Assembly (NCBI GenBank): GCA_963768655.1
Contig: CAVYIM010000003.1
Span: 800,001 to 864,000, forward strand
Direction: 5' to 3'
Length of the DNA stretch: 64,000 bases
From: an uncultured Chloroflexia bacterium
Lineage (GTDB): Bacteria; Chloroflexota; Limnocylindria; Limnocylindrales; CSP1-4
Both the position numbers and the translations under genes were made by a program. Each line of letters starts with the position of its first letter. Position 1 is the first letter of the stretch. The notes beneath the pieces are model-generated. The model made no database searches, had not been told where the DNA came from, and saw only the letters and a list, made by a program, of their open reading frames with translations. Positions 30,901-39,012 of the stretch are shown piece by piece.

Positions 30901-31235
30901 TCGACTCCTCGGTCAGTCTCGGACTGTCGGGTACCTTCGCGAGCCGGAGCGCGCGACTCTTCACCATCGGCGGTACTGCGGGTGTCCCAACTGGTGCCGC
31001 CGGTATCAGCGGCAACCTGACCGTGCTATCTCCCTCAAGCGCGGGCTGGGCTCTGGTATCACCTGAGATCGTCGCCACGCCGACCACCTCTACCCTCAAC
31101 GTCGCCTCCGGACACAGTGAGGCCAACGGCTTCGACGTCGCTCTGGGAGCCTCGGGTCACGTCGCTCTCGAGTGGGCCGGCACCACCGGCTCCAGCGCCA
31201 ACATCGCCCTCGATATCACCGGCTACTGGAAGTAG
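27993..31235 (+). CDS. Secreted or surface protein with 14 RCC1/BLIP-II-like repeats, an Ig-like domain and three C-terminal ~125-aa repeats
   Basis: RBS AAGGAG plus GTG; signal peptide ending ARA-A; 37-aa repeats SAGxxHTCAIKTNGTLACWGxNxxGQASPPAGTFTAV; C-terminal P.R.LD.R...AVTGNLT...DVTGY/F repeats. Confidence 0.88.
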   Translation: MKLLSSGDRRARGVAAMWGTTLAMVIGLLGAGLTPSLVPAARAANGTPLGQSDTSVATTSGSVISAGFYHTCAIKTDGTLACWGYNDHGQASPPTGTFTAVSAGLYHTCAIKTGGTLACWGDNEYGQSSPPAGTFTAVSVGYYHSCAIRSDGTLACWGNNAYSQATPPTGTFTSVSAGSYHTCAIKTNGALTCWGSNNYGQTTAPAGTFAAVAAGGIHTCAIRTNGTLACWGDNTDGQASPPAGTFTAVTAGGDHTCAIKSNGTLACWGYNSDGQASPPTGTFIAVSAGGYRTCAIKTDDSIACWGDNTYGQASPPSGRFTGAHLPTVSAGAYHTCAIKADGTLACWGYNDDGQASPPAGTFTAVSSGDYYTCAIKTNGTLACWGNNGEGQLNAPTGTFTAVSAGDYHACAIKTNGTLACWGENTYGQASPPAGTFTAVSGGSYHTCAIKTNGTLACWGNNGEGQLNAPTGTFTAVSGGSYHTCAIKTNGTLACWGENTYGQASPPAGTFTAVSGGSYHTCAIKTNGTLACWGDNTYGEATPPSGTFTAVSAGNLFTCVVGTNSTVVCWGNNNEKQSTVPAVKLVVAGFPSPTTAGVAHNLTVTAKDPFGATATGYTGTVHISSSDGAATLAGNAKLTSGAGTFGVTLRTPGTQSVTATDTTTASITGSQSVVVAPPASTYHATSPARVLDSRPTGSGHTNIGLSGKFTAGTVRTFAVAGVIGVGASSVAVPTNATAVTGNLTIVNETAPGVVALGPTMTASGATTTINFVKGDIRANNVTMGLGAGGKLSAVYRSATAGATIDLIFDVTGFFTPDTSGATYHVLAPGRILDTRPTGAGHTNIGLAGKFANKSVRTFAIAGVKALGWSSALVPSAATAVTGNLTVTDASSIGYVSVGPTIAAVPSTSTLNVAAGTTVANGVTVALKSGKLEAVWDGTAGSSADVIFDVTGYFTAGTGGLSYYPIAPVRVLDSSVSLGLSGTFASRSARLFTIGGTAGVPTGAAGISGNLTVLSPSSAGWALVSPEIVATPTTSTLNVASGHSEANGFDVALGASGHVALEWAGTTGSSANIALDITGYWK
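28184..29730 (+). repeat. 111-bp coding tandem repeat (x14), including a near-exact 222-bp duplication
   Basis: The NNGEGQLNAP and ENTYGQASPP units recur almost base for base at about 29105-29590. Confidence 0.9.
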
Positions 31236-31320
31236 AGCGGGCGGGAGTGGGCCAGAGCAGGCCGCGCTGGGCGTGCGGCGCTGGTTGAGCGTGCCTGCCC
31301 CGGGAGATAACCGTCGTTCG

Positions 31321-31346
31321 GGAACCAGAGCCGTCCCAGTCGCGTC
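31321..31346 (+). promoter_or_regulatory. ECF-sigma-type promoter GGAAC-N17-CGTC upstream of the serpin
   Basis: GGAAC at 31321-31325 and CGTC at 31343-31346. Confidence 0.55.
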
Positions 31347-31390
31347 CCACCAGCGCGAGAAGACTCGTGCGCCATGCAGAGGTGAGGAAG

Positions 31391-32707
31391 ATGAGCCGAC
31401 CGACAGCCAACCCGAGCGAAACCGCTCGCACCATCCGAGTCAGGCTGTGGGGTCTAGGAGCGTTGGTGCTTGTCGGCGCCATCGTTTCGGGCTGCACGAG
31501 CCAGGTTGCGGCCATAGCGGAAGCGACGTCCGCGGCGACGCGCATTCCGGCTTCGTCGGCGGCTGCCAGTCAGGCCGCCGCGGCAATCGACGCCTTCGGG
31601 TTCGACTTCTACAAGAGCGACACCGACCTGACTTCGGGTGGCAACGCCGTCTTCTCACCAACCAGCATCGTCCTGGCGCTGTCCATGGCCCAGGCCGGAG
31701 CAGCCGGCCAGACGGCCTCACAGATGGACACCGTCCTTCACGCGGCGGCCGAAGCCGGCGGTGGCAACGGCATCAATTCCCTGGACCAGACCCTGACCGG
31801 ACTCTCGGGGACTTTCAAGGACGCCAATGGCGCCGATCAGCAGGTGACCCTTCGTATCGCCAACGCCCCGTTCGCCCAGCGCGGCCTGCAATTGCAGGAG
31901 CCCTTCCTCGCCACCCTGGCCTCGAAGTACGGCGCGGGCCTTCGCCTGGTCGACTTCGCGAACGACCCGGCCGGCGCCTGCCAGCTGATCGACAGCTGGG
32001 TCAGCGACCAGACCGAGGGACGCATCCCGAAGCTGCTCGACAGCCTCGACGCCCTGACGCGGCTCGTGCTGGTGAATGCGATCTACCTCAAGGCACCCTG
32101 GCAGACACCCTTCGATAAGTCCGGGACCACGAACTCACCGTTCACGCGGCTGGACGGCTCGCAGGTGAGCGTGCCGACCATGAGCCTCGGTCTGTCGGAA
32201 GGCAGCTACGCCTCCGGCACCGGCTGGCAGGCCGTCGAGCTCCCGTACGCCGGCGGCTCACTCGCCATGACCATCGTGGTCCCCGACGATCTGGCCACCT
32301 TCGAAGCCGGCCTCGATGCGGCCCGCTTCTCAGCGATCACCTCCGCCCTCGGACCGGCGGCCGTGGATCTGACGCTGCCCCGCTTCGATATCGAGACCAA
32401 GTCCGACCTGGCGTCCGTGCTGGCGGGCATGGGCATGCCCCTGGCATTCGATCCGGATCGGGCCGACTTCTCGGGCATCACGACGCAGGAGCCGCTGTAC
32501 ATCTCGAAGGTCGTTCATCAGGCCAACATCTCGGTCGACGAGAATGGAACGGAAGCCTCCGCGGCGACCGCCGTCCAGATCGAAACGCTCGCGGCTCCGG
32601 CCAAGCAGGTGACGCTGCACGTCGACCGACCCTTCATCTTCGCCGTCCGCGACACCAAGACCGGGGCGATCCTCTTCCTCGGCCGGGTGGTCGATCCGTC
32701 CGAATAG
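31391..32707 (+). CDS. Serpin-family protease inhibitor, probable lipoprotein
   Basis: Lipobox IVSGC, NAVFSPTSI, LVLVNAIYLKAPW, hinge ENGTEASAATAV, VDRPFIF...LFLGRVVDP. Confidence 0.93.
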   Translation: MSRPTANPSETARTIRVRLWGLGALVLVGAIVSGCTSQVAAIAEATSAATRIPASSAAASQAAAAIDAFGFDFYKSDTDLTSGGNAVFSPTSIVLALSMAQAGAAGQTASQMDTVLHAAAEAGGGNGINSLDQTLTGLSGTFKDANGADQQVTLRIANAPFAQRGLQLQEPFLATLASKYGAGLRLVDFANDPAGACQLIDSWVSDQTEGRIPKLLDSLDALTRLVLVNAIYLKAPWQTPFDKSGTTNSPFTRLDGSQVSVPTMSLGLSEGSYASGTGWQAVELPYAGGSLAMTIVVPDDLATFEAGLDAARFSAITSALGPAAVDLTLPRFDIETKSDLASVLAGMGMPLAFDPDRADFSGITTQEPLYISKVVHQANISVDENGTEASAATAVQIETLAAPAKQVTLHVDRPFIFAVRDTKTGAILFLGRVVDPSE

Positions 32708-32895
32708 CGGTCCGCGGCCCCATTCCTGGTGCCGCGGCTGCGTCTCGCGCGCTCCGATTCGCGCCACGCGGCGGGTGCGGCCGCTCGAGTCGGACGACGA
32801 CGAGCAGAGCCGGGCCGGCGTAGCGAGGCAGCGCACGGTCGGGAGCTATCCGGGCGACTGCAGGACGAGTAGGTCGGCCGTCCACCCAACCCGGA

Positions 32896-33249
32896 TCAGC
32901 AGGTGACGTGGATGACCGCGGCCGTGTCGGCGACATCCGCGGCCGAGAGCCGTTCGCATGCCTCGGCGGTGGGGAGCATCAGCAGCTCGACGCCTCGGCG
33001 GCGGGCCTCCTCGATCACATCCGGCGCAACTGGCAGGCGGCCCTCGGCGCCCGTCCCGACGATCAGCCGGCGGCAATGCCAGGGCAGGGGCTCCGCCGTC
33101 GTAAGCGGTGTGTGGCCGTACCGCTCGCGCTGCGCTTGCGAAGGCTTCTTGTGGCGGCGCGAAACCCGGCCACGCTCGACCAGGACGTCGTGGTCGTAGG
33201 TCTTGCCGTCGATCTCGACGAGTCCGAACTCGACCAGGCGGGCTTTCAT
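32896..33249 (-). CDS. Mth938/NDUFAF3-like domain protein
   Basis: FGLVEIDGKTYDHD, LIVGTG, PTAEAC, IHVTC. Confidence 0.85.
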   Translation of the reverse strand: MKARLVEFGLVEIDGKTYDHDVLVERGRVSRRHKKPSQAQRERYGHTPLTTAEPLPWHCRRLIVGTGAEGRLPVAPDVIEEARRRGVELLMLPTAEACERLSAADVADTAAVIHVTC

Positions 33250-33371
33250 GATGGCCTCAGTATGCCGCCGCGCCGGTCGACGGGGACGCGATTCGGTAGA
33301 TTGCGCGGCCCAAAGGCGAGCGGCCGCCGGGCAGGACCTTCGACGGCCGCTCTTCCATTCCTGGACGCCGT

Positions 33372-34407
33372 TCAGGCTCTGGCCCGCGTCTCCGCCAGGT
33401 ATCGGTCGAGCTGGTCGAAGGTTCCGGCGAAGCCCTGCTCCATCCCGTCGAGCCCGCCGCGGAAGGCCTGGAGCTCACTCCTCGGACGCGTTGATGGGGC
33501 CGCCTCGCAGGGTCAGCTTCGTCTTGCCGTCGTGCTCGCTGAGGGTCAGGGTGTTGAGCACCTCCAGCGGCCACCCGGCGATCCAGGGATTGCGGGTCAC
33601 TCCGCAGTTCGCATCTGAGAAGGAGTTGACGAAGACGATGCGCTCCTGCGGGACGACTTCGCGGTAGACGAACCTGCCCCACATCTCCCGGCCGTTCGGC
33701 GGCCGGATGCTGTAGTGGAAGACGCCGCCGGGACGTAGATCCAGGCTGCGCACCCGCATCTCGAAGCCCGCCGGACCCCACCACCGCGCCAGTCGATCGG
33801 GCTCGGTCCAGGCCTTCCAGACCAGGTCGCGCGGCGCATCGACGTCGTGCTCGGAAGCGAATTCGGGGCCGACTGCGGCGCCGGCGGCTCCGGCGCCGGC
33901 GGCTCCGCCTCGCCGCAGCTGTGCCAGCAACTCGTCGAGGCGGTCGAAGCTCTCGGCCTCGCCGCGCTCCATCCCCGACCCGATCATGCCGTCGCGGGAC
34001 TCGAGCGAGTCGAAGAGTAGATGCTGGGATAGCGTCGTCCTGCCGTCCTGTTCGGACAGGATGTTGGTGACGACCACTTCGTGTTCGTTGACCGGCGCGA
34101 CGTCGTAGATCTGGGTGAAGACGATTCGTCCGGGTGCCGCGATCTCGCGGTAGACACCCTTGAACGGGTGCGTCCCGCCGTCCGGCGACCGCTGGACGAA
34201 GCGATAGGCGCCGCCCGGGCGCAGGTCGATCTCGCATTCGGTCAGGGCGTAGCCTCTGGGGCCCCACCAGTTCATCATGTGCTCGCACCCGGTCATCGCC
34301 TCGAAGACGAGTGCGCGCGGCGCGTCGAAGGTGCGCGTGATTGAGACCTCGCGATCCGAGGCAAGAGTGAGCGTCATTCGATTCGCAATCTGGTCGACCA
34401 TTTCCAC
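33372..34407 (-). CDS. Tandem SRPBCC (AHSA1-like) domain protein; frameshift near 33476
   Basis: Two APR.LV..A.T...WWGP...DLRPGG domains. The C-terminus GMEQGFAGTFDQLDRYL lies in the shifted frame. Confidence 0.85.
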
Positions 34408-34416
34408 GTTCCTTCT

Positions 34417-34926
34417 CTAGTGGCGCGCGGTGGGTGAGGCGCGCCGAAGCTCGGCCTCGAGGTTGTCGAGCAGCTCACGCGTGCCCTGCTCGCGCTGACT
34501 CGCGAAGTCCTGGCCGTCGAGGAAGGCATCCTGCTCGGTGAGGACGAAGTGCGTCCCGGGGCCCGAAGGCAGCAGCTCCAGCGTCGCCAACGAAACGGAG
34601 ATCAGCTTCTCGTCGAGGTGCATCTCGTAGGCGTAGACGATGCGCCGGCCGGGCACGATGTCGTGGTAGGTGGCATCGAAGATGTGCGTCTGGCCGCTCG
34701 GGGCATGGCTGCTGAGGTGTTCGTGCCCGCCGGCGCGGAAGTCGAGCCGATGGTCCGAGCTCCGCCATCGGTCGGGGCCGACGAACCATCGAGCCTTTGT
34801 CTGAGGATCGGCGAAGGCGGCGAACACCTGCGCAGGCGTCGCCTCGAACCGACGCTCGATGACGAATGTGGCGTGCTGCGCCGACGGTTCGGCGGGCCCG
34901 AGCGCGCCAGGAATGCGGAGTGTCAC
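34417..34926 (-). CDS. SRPBCC (AHSA1-like) protein
   Basis: HATFVIERRF...KARWF...DFRAGG...REQGT. GTG start overlaps the arsR stop. Confidence 0.85.
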   Translation of the reverse strand: MTLRIPGALGPAEPSAQHATFVIERRFEATPAQVFAAFADPQTKARWFVGPDRWRSSDHRLDFRAGGHEHLSSHAPSGQTHIFDATYHDIVPGRRIVYAYEMHLDEKLISVSLATLELLPSGPGTHFVLTEQDAFLDGQDFASQREQGTRELLDNLEAELRRASPTARH

Positions 34927-35267
34927 TTTCCTTCTCCTGTGCCCTGCAGTTCGCGAAGGTATTCGTCCAGCCGGTCGTAGCTCTCCTCCCAGAATCTGCG
35001 GTATTGCTCGACCCAGGCCGCCACGTCCCGGAGGGGCTCCGGGTCGAGCCGGCACGGACGCCACTGAGCCCGGCGACCCTGCTCGATCAAGCCCGCGCGC
35101 TCCAGTACGCGCAGGTGTTTCGAGACGCCGGGCAGGCTCATGTCGAACGGCTTCGCCAGCTCGGTGACCGTTGTCTCGCCGAGAGCCAGGCGGGCGAGAA
35201 GGGCCCGTCTCGTGGGGTCGGCGAGGGCGGCGAGGGTCTTGCTGAGAGGATCGGCGTGCATGACCAA
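34923..35267 (-). CDS. ArsR/SmtB-family regulator
   Basis: ALADPTRR...SKHLRVLERAGLI...FWEESYDRL. Confidence 0.92.
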   Translation of the reverse strand: MVMHADPLSKTLAALADPTRRALLARLALGETTVTELAKPFDMSLPGVSKHLRVLERAGLIEQGRRAQWRPCRLDPEPLRDVAAWVEQYRRFWEESYDRLDEYLRELQGTGEGK

Positions 35268-35558
35268 TGCTTAGCTGGTGAGTTATATAACCTGCGAGTA
35301 AAGTACGCCCCGGCTGCGAGGCGTCAATCTCGGTTCCGCACCGCGGGTCTCGGCGCCGATAGGAGTGAGGCGCGGTCAGTTGCGGCAGTCGTGGCGGTCG
35401 CGGCAGTCGCCCGCGCCCGCGCCGCGAACGCGTGCTACTGCGGTTTGGTCTGACCAGAATGCCGGCCGGGCCCGGCATCCCGCGCCGCTCCCCGCGCCGC
35501 TCCCCGCCCCGCGCCTCGCTCCACCCCGGAGCGGCCGCCGTGCCGCGGTCCCTCGAAC

Positions 35559-36536
35559 CTACACGACCCCCAGAGGCCGCTCGATGGCGGCGTCGGTGCG
35601 GAAACGCCGGTCGACGAGGACGCGGATCACGTAATCGATCTCCAGCCCTGCTCCGTCGAACGATGGCCCCGACCCGGCCGGCACGAGCAGGCTGGCCTGG
35701 GCCGCGCCGCTGTTCAGCGACGCCGGATCGATCGCCGCCGAGGCGATGATCCCCTCGGTTCCGTTGGGGCAATTCGTACGACGGTGGATCTCGATGCGGG
35801 CCCCCTGCCCGGACGGTGCCGAAGGCCAGGAGACGGTGACGTTGACCTCCTGGCCGGCCGGCGCCGGCAGCGGCGACGTCACGTTGATCGTGGCGTCGCC
35901 CACGGGCACGCCGGCCATCAGGCTCGTGCCGCCCTGCTTGCCAACCCCGGCGCGAAGAAGGTCCGGGTTCTGGGCCAGAGGCATGTACAAGGCGGCCCAG
36001 TGATCGGAGCCCATGGCGATGTCCCACCGGACCTCGAGCGCCCAGGCGATGATCGACTCGCCGAGATGCGCCGTGGGCGGTCCCAGCGGCGGCGCCGGAA
36101 CCGCGAACGTCGACTCCCATACAGTGCCAGGCTGGAGGCTGGTCGGGATCGGCGGCTCCAGGAAGGAATCAGCGCTGAAGAGCTTCCCGGAAGTCTCGAC
36201 CCAACGTTCGGTCCACTCGACCTCGCCCTTCGAGTTGCAGTGGTCTTCCTCGCGACGAACCTCGTCCAACCGCAGGCCCACGAGCCGCAGGTATGCCTTG
36301 CGAGCGTTGACCTCCATTGCGGCCGTCAGCCGAACATGGCCGGTGATGCCATCGCCGACTCGAGCCGGCTGGTCAAGGGCGAACTCACCCGTCACCGCGC
36401 CGTCGCTTGGGTTGAGCAGCTCCTCCGGGCTGACGGAGTGGAGGGGATGGCTGCCCTCGCCGCCGGCGAGCCGCGGCCCGTTGATGGCATCGAACGGAGA
36501 TGGCGCCGATCCTGTACGACCGCCGAAGAAACCCAT
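35559..36536 (-). CDS. Hypothetical protein with two arrestin/Spo0M-like beta-sandwich domains
   Basis: ITGHVRL...FAVPAP..GPPT...WALEVRWDI and LLVPA...PSF...DYVIRVLVDRRFRTD patterns. Confidence 0.55.
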   Translation of the reverse strand: MGFFGGRTGSAPSPFDAINGPRLAGGEGSHPLHSVSPEELLNPSDGAVTGEFALDQPARVGDGITGHVRLTAAMEVNARKAYLRLVGLRLDEVRREEDHCNSKGEVEWTERWVETSGKLFSADSFLEPPIPTSLQPGTVWESTFAVPAPPLGPPTAHLGESIIAWALEVRWDIAMGSDHWAALYMPLAQNPDLLRAGVGKQGGTSLMAGVPVGDATINVTSPLPAPAGQEVNVTVSWPSAPSGQGARIEIHRRTNCPNGTEGIIASAAIDPASLNSGAAQASLLVPAGSGPSFDGAGLEIDYVIRVLVDRRFRTDAAIERPLGVV

Positions 36537-36725
36537 TGCTGTGCCCTCCACGGCGTGACGGGTTTAGCTGTGAGCGTCCGCGCGATATCGCACAGACTAG
36601 CATCGGCGCGTTCGACCAGGCGCGGCATCGGCAGAGCGGGCAGGCGGACTGCCCGCGCCGGCTCCGCCAGCCGAGAAGAGCCCGCCGGCTCATCGGCGGG
36701 CTCTGGACTCGGGCACAAAGGGCTG

Positions 36726-38162
36726 TCAAGCCGCCGGCTCGACCTCGCCTCGCAAGAGACTCGCTGCCGGCTCCCTGGTAGCGGTGCGCCGCAGCCGGGC
36801 CACGCCCGCCGGCAGCGCCAGAGCCATGGCCGAACCCAGCGCCACCGCCGCGGCTCCCGCGAAGACTCCGGGTATGAGCCCATTCACGTAGGTCTGCGGA
36901 GTGGCGTACGAGCCGCTGGCCGAGAAGATCGCGCCCAGGACGGCCACGCCGAAGACGCCGCCGAGCTCACGGATGGTGTTGTTCGCGCCCGAGGCCTTGC
37001 CTTCATCCTCCCGCGGCACCGCCGACAGAACGACGTTGGCAATCGGGGCGAAGAAGAGTCCCATGCCGGCGCCACTGACCACGAATGCTGGCACGAGGCT
37101 GGAGTAGGGGACCGTCGTAGAGGTGATGGCGGCGATCCAGCCCAGGCCGATGGCCTGCAGGGCGAGGCCCGCAGCGAGGATCGATCGCCCGCCAATTCGA
37201 CCCGACGCCCAGCCGGCGATCGGCGCGACGATGACGGGCGTGGCGGTCCACGGCAGGATGTGGAGACCGGCATCGAGCGGGCTCAGTCCGCGCACAAGCT
37301 GGAAGTACTGCGAAAGCAGGAAGATCGAGCCGAACATTCCGAACGACATCAGGAACGAAACGCCGTTCGCTACGACCGAAGCCCGCCGGCGGAAGAGATG
37401 GAGCGGCAGCATCGGCTCGGCTGCCCTCGCCTCCCACGGGAGGAAGGCAACGACGAGGGCGGTGCCGGCCGCGATGGCGGCCACGACCTGGCCGTCGGTC
37501 CAGCCGCGCCCGTTGCCATGGGTCACTCCCCAGACCATGAGGAGCAAACCGACGCTGGCGATCGCCACTCCGACCAGATCGAGCGACCGGCCCGGGGCCT
37601 TGCTTTCGCTCAGGCGCAGGTAGGCCAGGATCATCGCCGCGATTCCGATCGGGACGTTGAACCAGAAGATCCAGTGCCACGACACGCCCTGAGTTATGGC
37701 GCCGCCGACCACCGGACCGACGGCCACGGCCAGGCCGCCGATGCCGCCCCACGCTCCCAGCGCGAGAGGCCGTCTCTCCGGGGAGACAGCGTCGGACAGG
37801 ATTGTCAGCGTCAGCGGCATGGCGAAGGCTCCGCCGAGGCCCTGCAGCGCCCGAGCCAGGATCAGGGTGCCGCTGGAAGGCGACAGGGCGGCGCATGCGG
37901 AACCGACCGTGAATAGTCCCAGGCCGATGATCAACATTCGCCGCCGACCAAAGCGGTCGCCCAGCGCCGCGCCCATCAGCAGCAGAGCCGCGAAGGTGAG
38001 GGTGTAGGCGTTGACAGTCCATTCGAGGTCGCTGAGAGAGGCTCCGAGATCCCGCCGGATGACCGGTAGGGCCATGGTCACCACCAGGTTGTCCAGGCTG
38101 ACCATGAAGAGGGCCGTCGCGGTGATGATGAAAGTCCAGAGTGGCGAGGCTCGACGAGCCAT
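36726..38162 (-). CDS. DHA2-family MFS efflux transporter
   Basis: LDNLVV, WTVNAYTL, LGDRFGRRR, WIFWFNVPIG. Confidence 0.92.
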   Translation of the reverse strand: MARRASPLWTFIITATALFMVSLDNLVVTMALPVIRRDLGASLSDLEWTVNAYTLTFAALLLMGAALGDRFGRRRMLIIGLGLFTVGSACAALSPSSGTLILARALQGLGGAFAMPLTLTILSDAVSPERRPLALGAWGGIGGLAVAVGPVVGGAITQGVSWHWIFWFNVPIGIAAMILAYLRLSESKAPGRSLDLVGVAIASVGLLLMVWGVTHGNGRGWTDGQVVAAIAAGTALVVAFLPWEARAAEPMLPLHLFRRRASVVANGVSFLMSFGMFGSIFLLSQYFQLVRGLSPLDAGLHILPWTATPVIVAPIAGWASGRIGGRSILAAGLALQAIGLGWIAAITSTTVPYSSLVPAFVVSGAGMGLFFAPIANVVLSAVPREDEGKASGANNTIRELGGVFGVAVLGAIFSASGSYATPQTYVNGLIPGVFAGAAAVALGSAMALALPAGVARLRRTATREPAASLLRGEVEPAA

Positions 38163-38225
38163 CGAGATTCTCCTCTGATATAAGTGATCAGTCGCTAAGT
38201 TACGCCGACAAAAAAGGGGTGTGCT

Positions 38226-38792
38226 CTAGCAGACGGCAGGCGGCCCTCCGATCAGTGACTGAAAGAACTCCTCGACCGTTGAAGCGTTGCTGATGCTGGC
38301 GGCGACGTTGATCAGCATCCCTTCGGCGAACCAAGCTCGAACCTTGTCGGCGCCGGCGCCCGAGATATCGGTCACGGCCTGCCAGAGCGCCGCGTAGTTG
38401 GTGCCGACCACGGCCTGAATGTCGGGGTCCTGGCAAGCCGCGTAGGCCTGGAGCTGCAGCCTCAGCATGTTGCGGTCGGCCAGAAGCAGGCGGATGTAGG
38501 CATGCCCCATCTCCTCGAGGATCTGATTCGGGCCAAGACCGGCCCCGCGTGCCATCTTGCCCGACTGCTCGAAGGCCAGCCTCGTCCTGTCGAAGCAGTC
38601 GCGGACGGCGGCGATGAACAGCTCCTTCTTAGTGCCGAAGAGCTGGAACAGATACGGCTGCGAGACGCCCGCCCGGCGGGCTATCGCGTCGGTTGACGTG
38701 CCGGCGTAGCCGGTCTCGGCGAACTCGATCGACGCGGCGGCCACCACCTCGGTGCGGCGCTCTTCTGCGGTCAGACGCGTGCTCATGGGCAT
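38226..38792 (-). CDS. TetR/AcrR-family regulator
   Basis: GYAGTSTDAIARRAGVSQPYLFQLFGTKKELF. Confidence 0.92.
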   Translation of the reverse strand: MPMSTRLTAEERRTEVVAAASIEFAETGYAGTSTDAIARRAGVSQPYLFQLFGTKKELFIAAVRDCFDRTRLAFEQSGKMARGAGLGPNQILEEMGHAYIRLLLADRNMLRLQLQAYAACQDPDIQAVVGTNYAALWQAVTDISGAGADKVRAWFAEGMLINVAASISNASTVEEFFQSLIGGPPAVC

Positions 38793-38812
38793 AACTTAGT
38801 GATTACTAAGTT
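38793..38812. promoter_or_regulatory. TetR operator palindrome
   Basis: AACTTAGT-GATT-ACTAAGTT directly upstream of tetR. A related site lies at about 38181-38201, upstream of the MFS gene. Confidence 0.7.
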
Positions 38813-39012
38813 TGTTGTCAACTGGAGACCCTGGGCTTTGGCGCGTCAAAGGCGCCTTTCAGCCGGGCCCAAGGATCGCCGGTCACCATCCCTTCGAGAT
38901 TTGTGTTGGCGCACGTACTTCGGGCGATCTGCCTGAGACGCGATCGCCCAGCGCTCGGAGCCGTCGGCCGGACGGCGCCGGGCGAATAGCCGCGCCGCGG
39001 GGGCTCTCCTGA

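Noticed and set aside
33475-33477. In-frame TGA as selenocysteine or readthrough (also at 20261)
   Set aside because: Homology continues in a different frame, so this is an indel rather than recoding.
35385-35520. Short GC-rich microrepeats (CCCCGCGCCGCT and similar)
   Set aside because: Low-complexity intergenic sequence with no supporting structure or recurrence that I could see elsewhere in the window.
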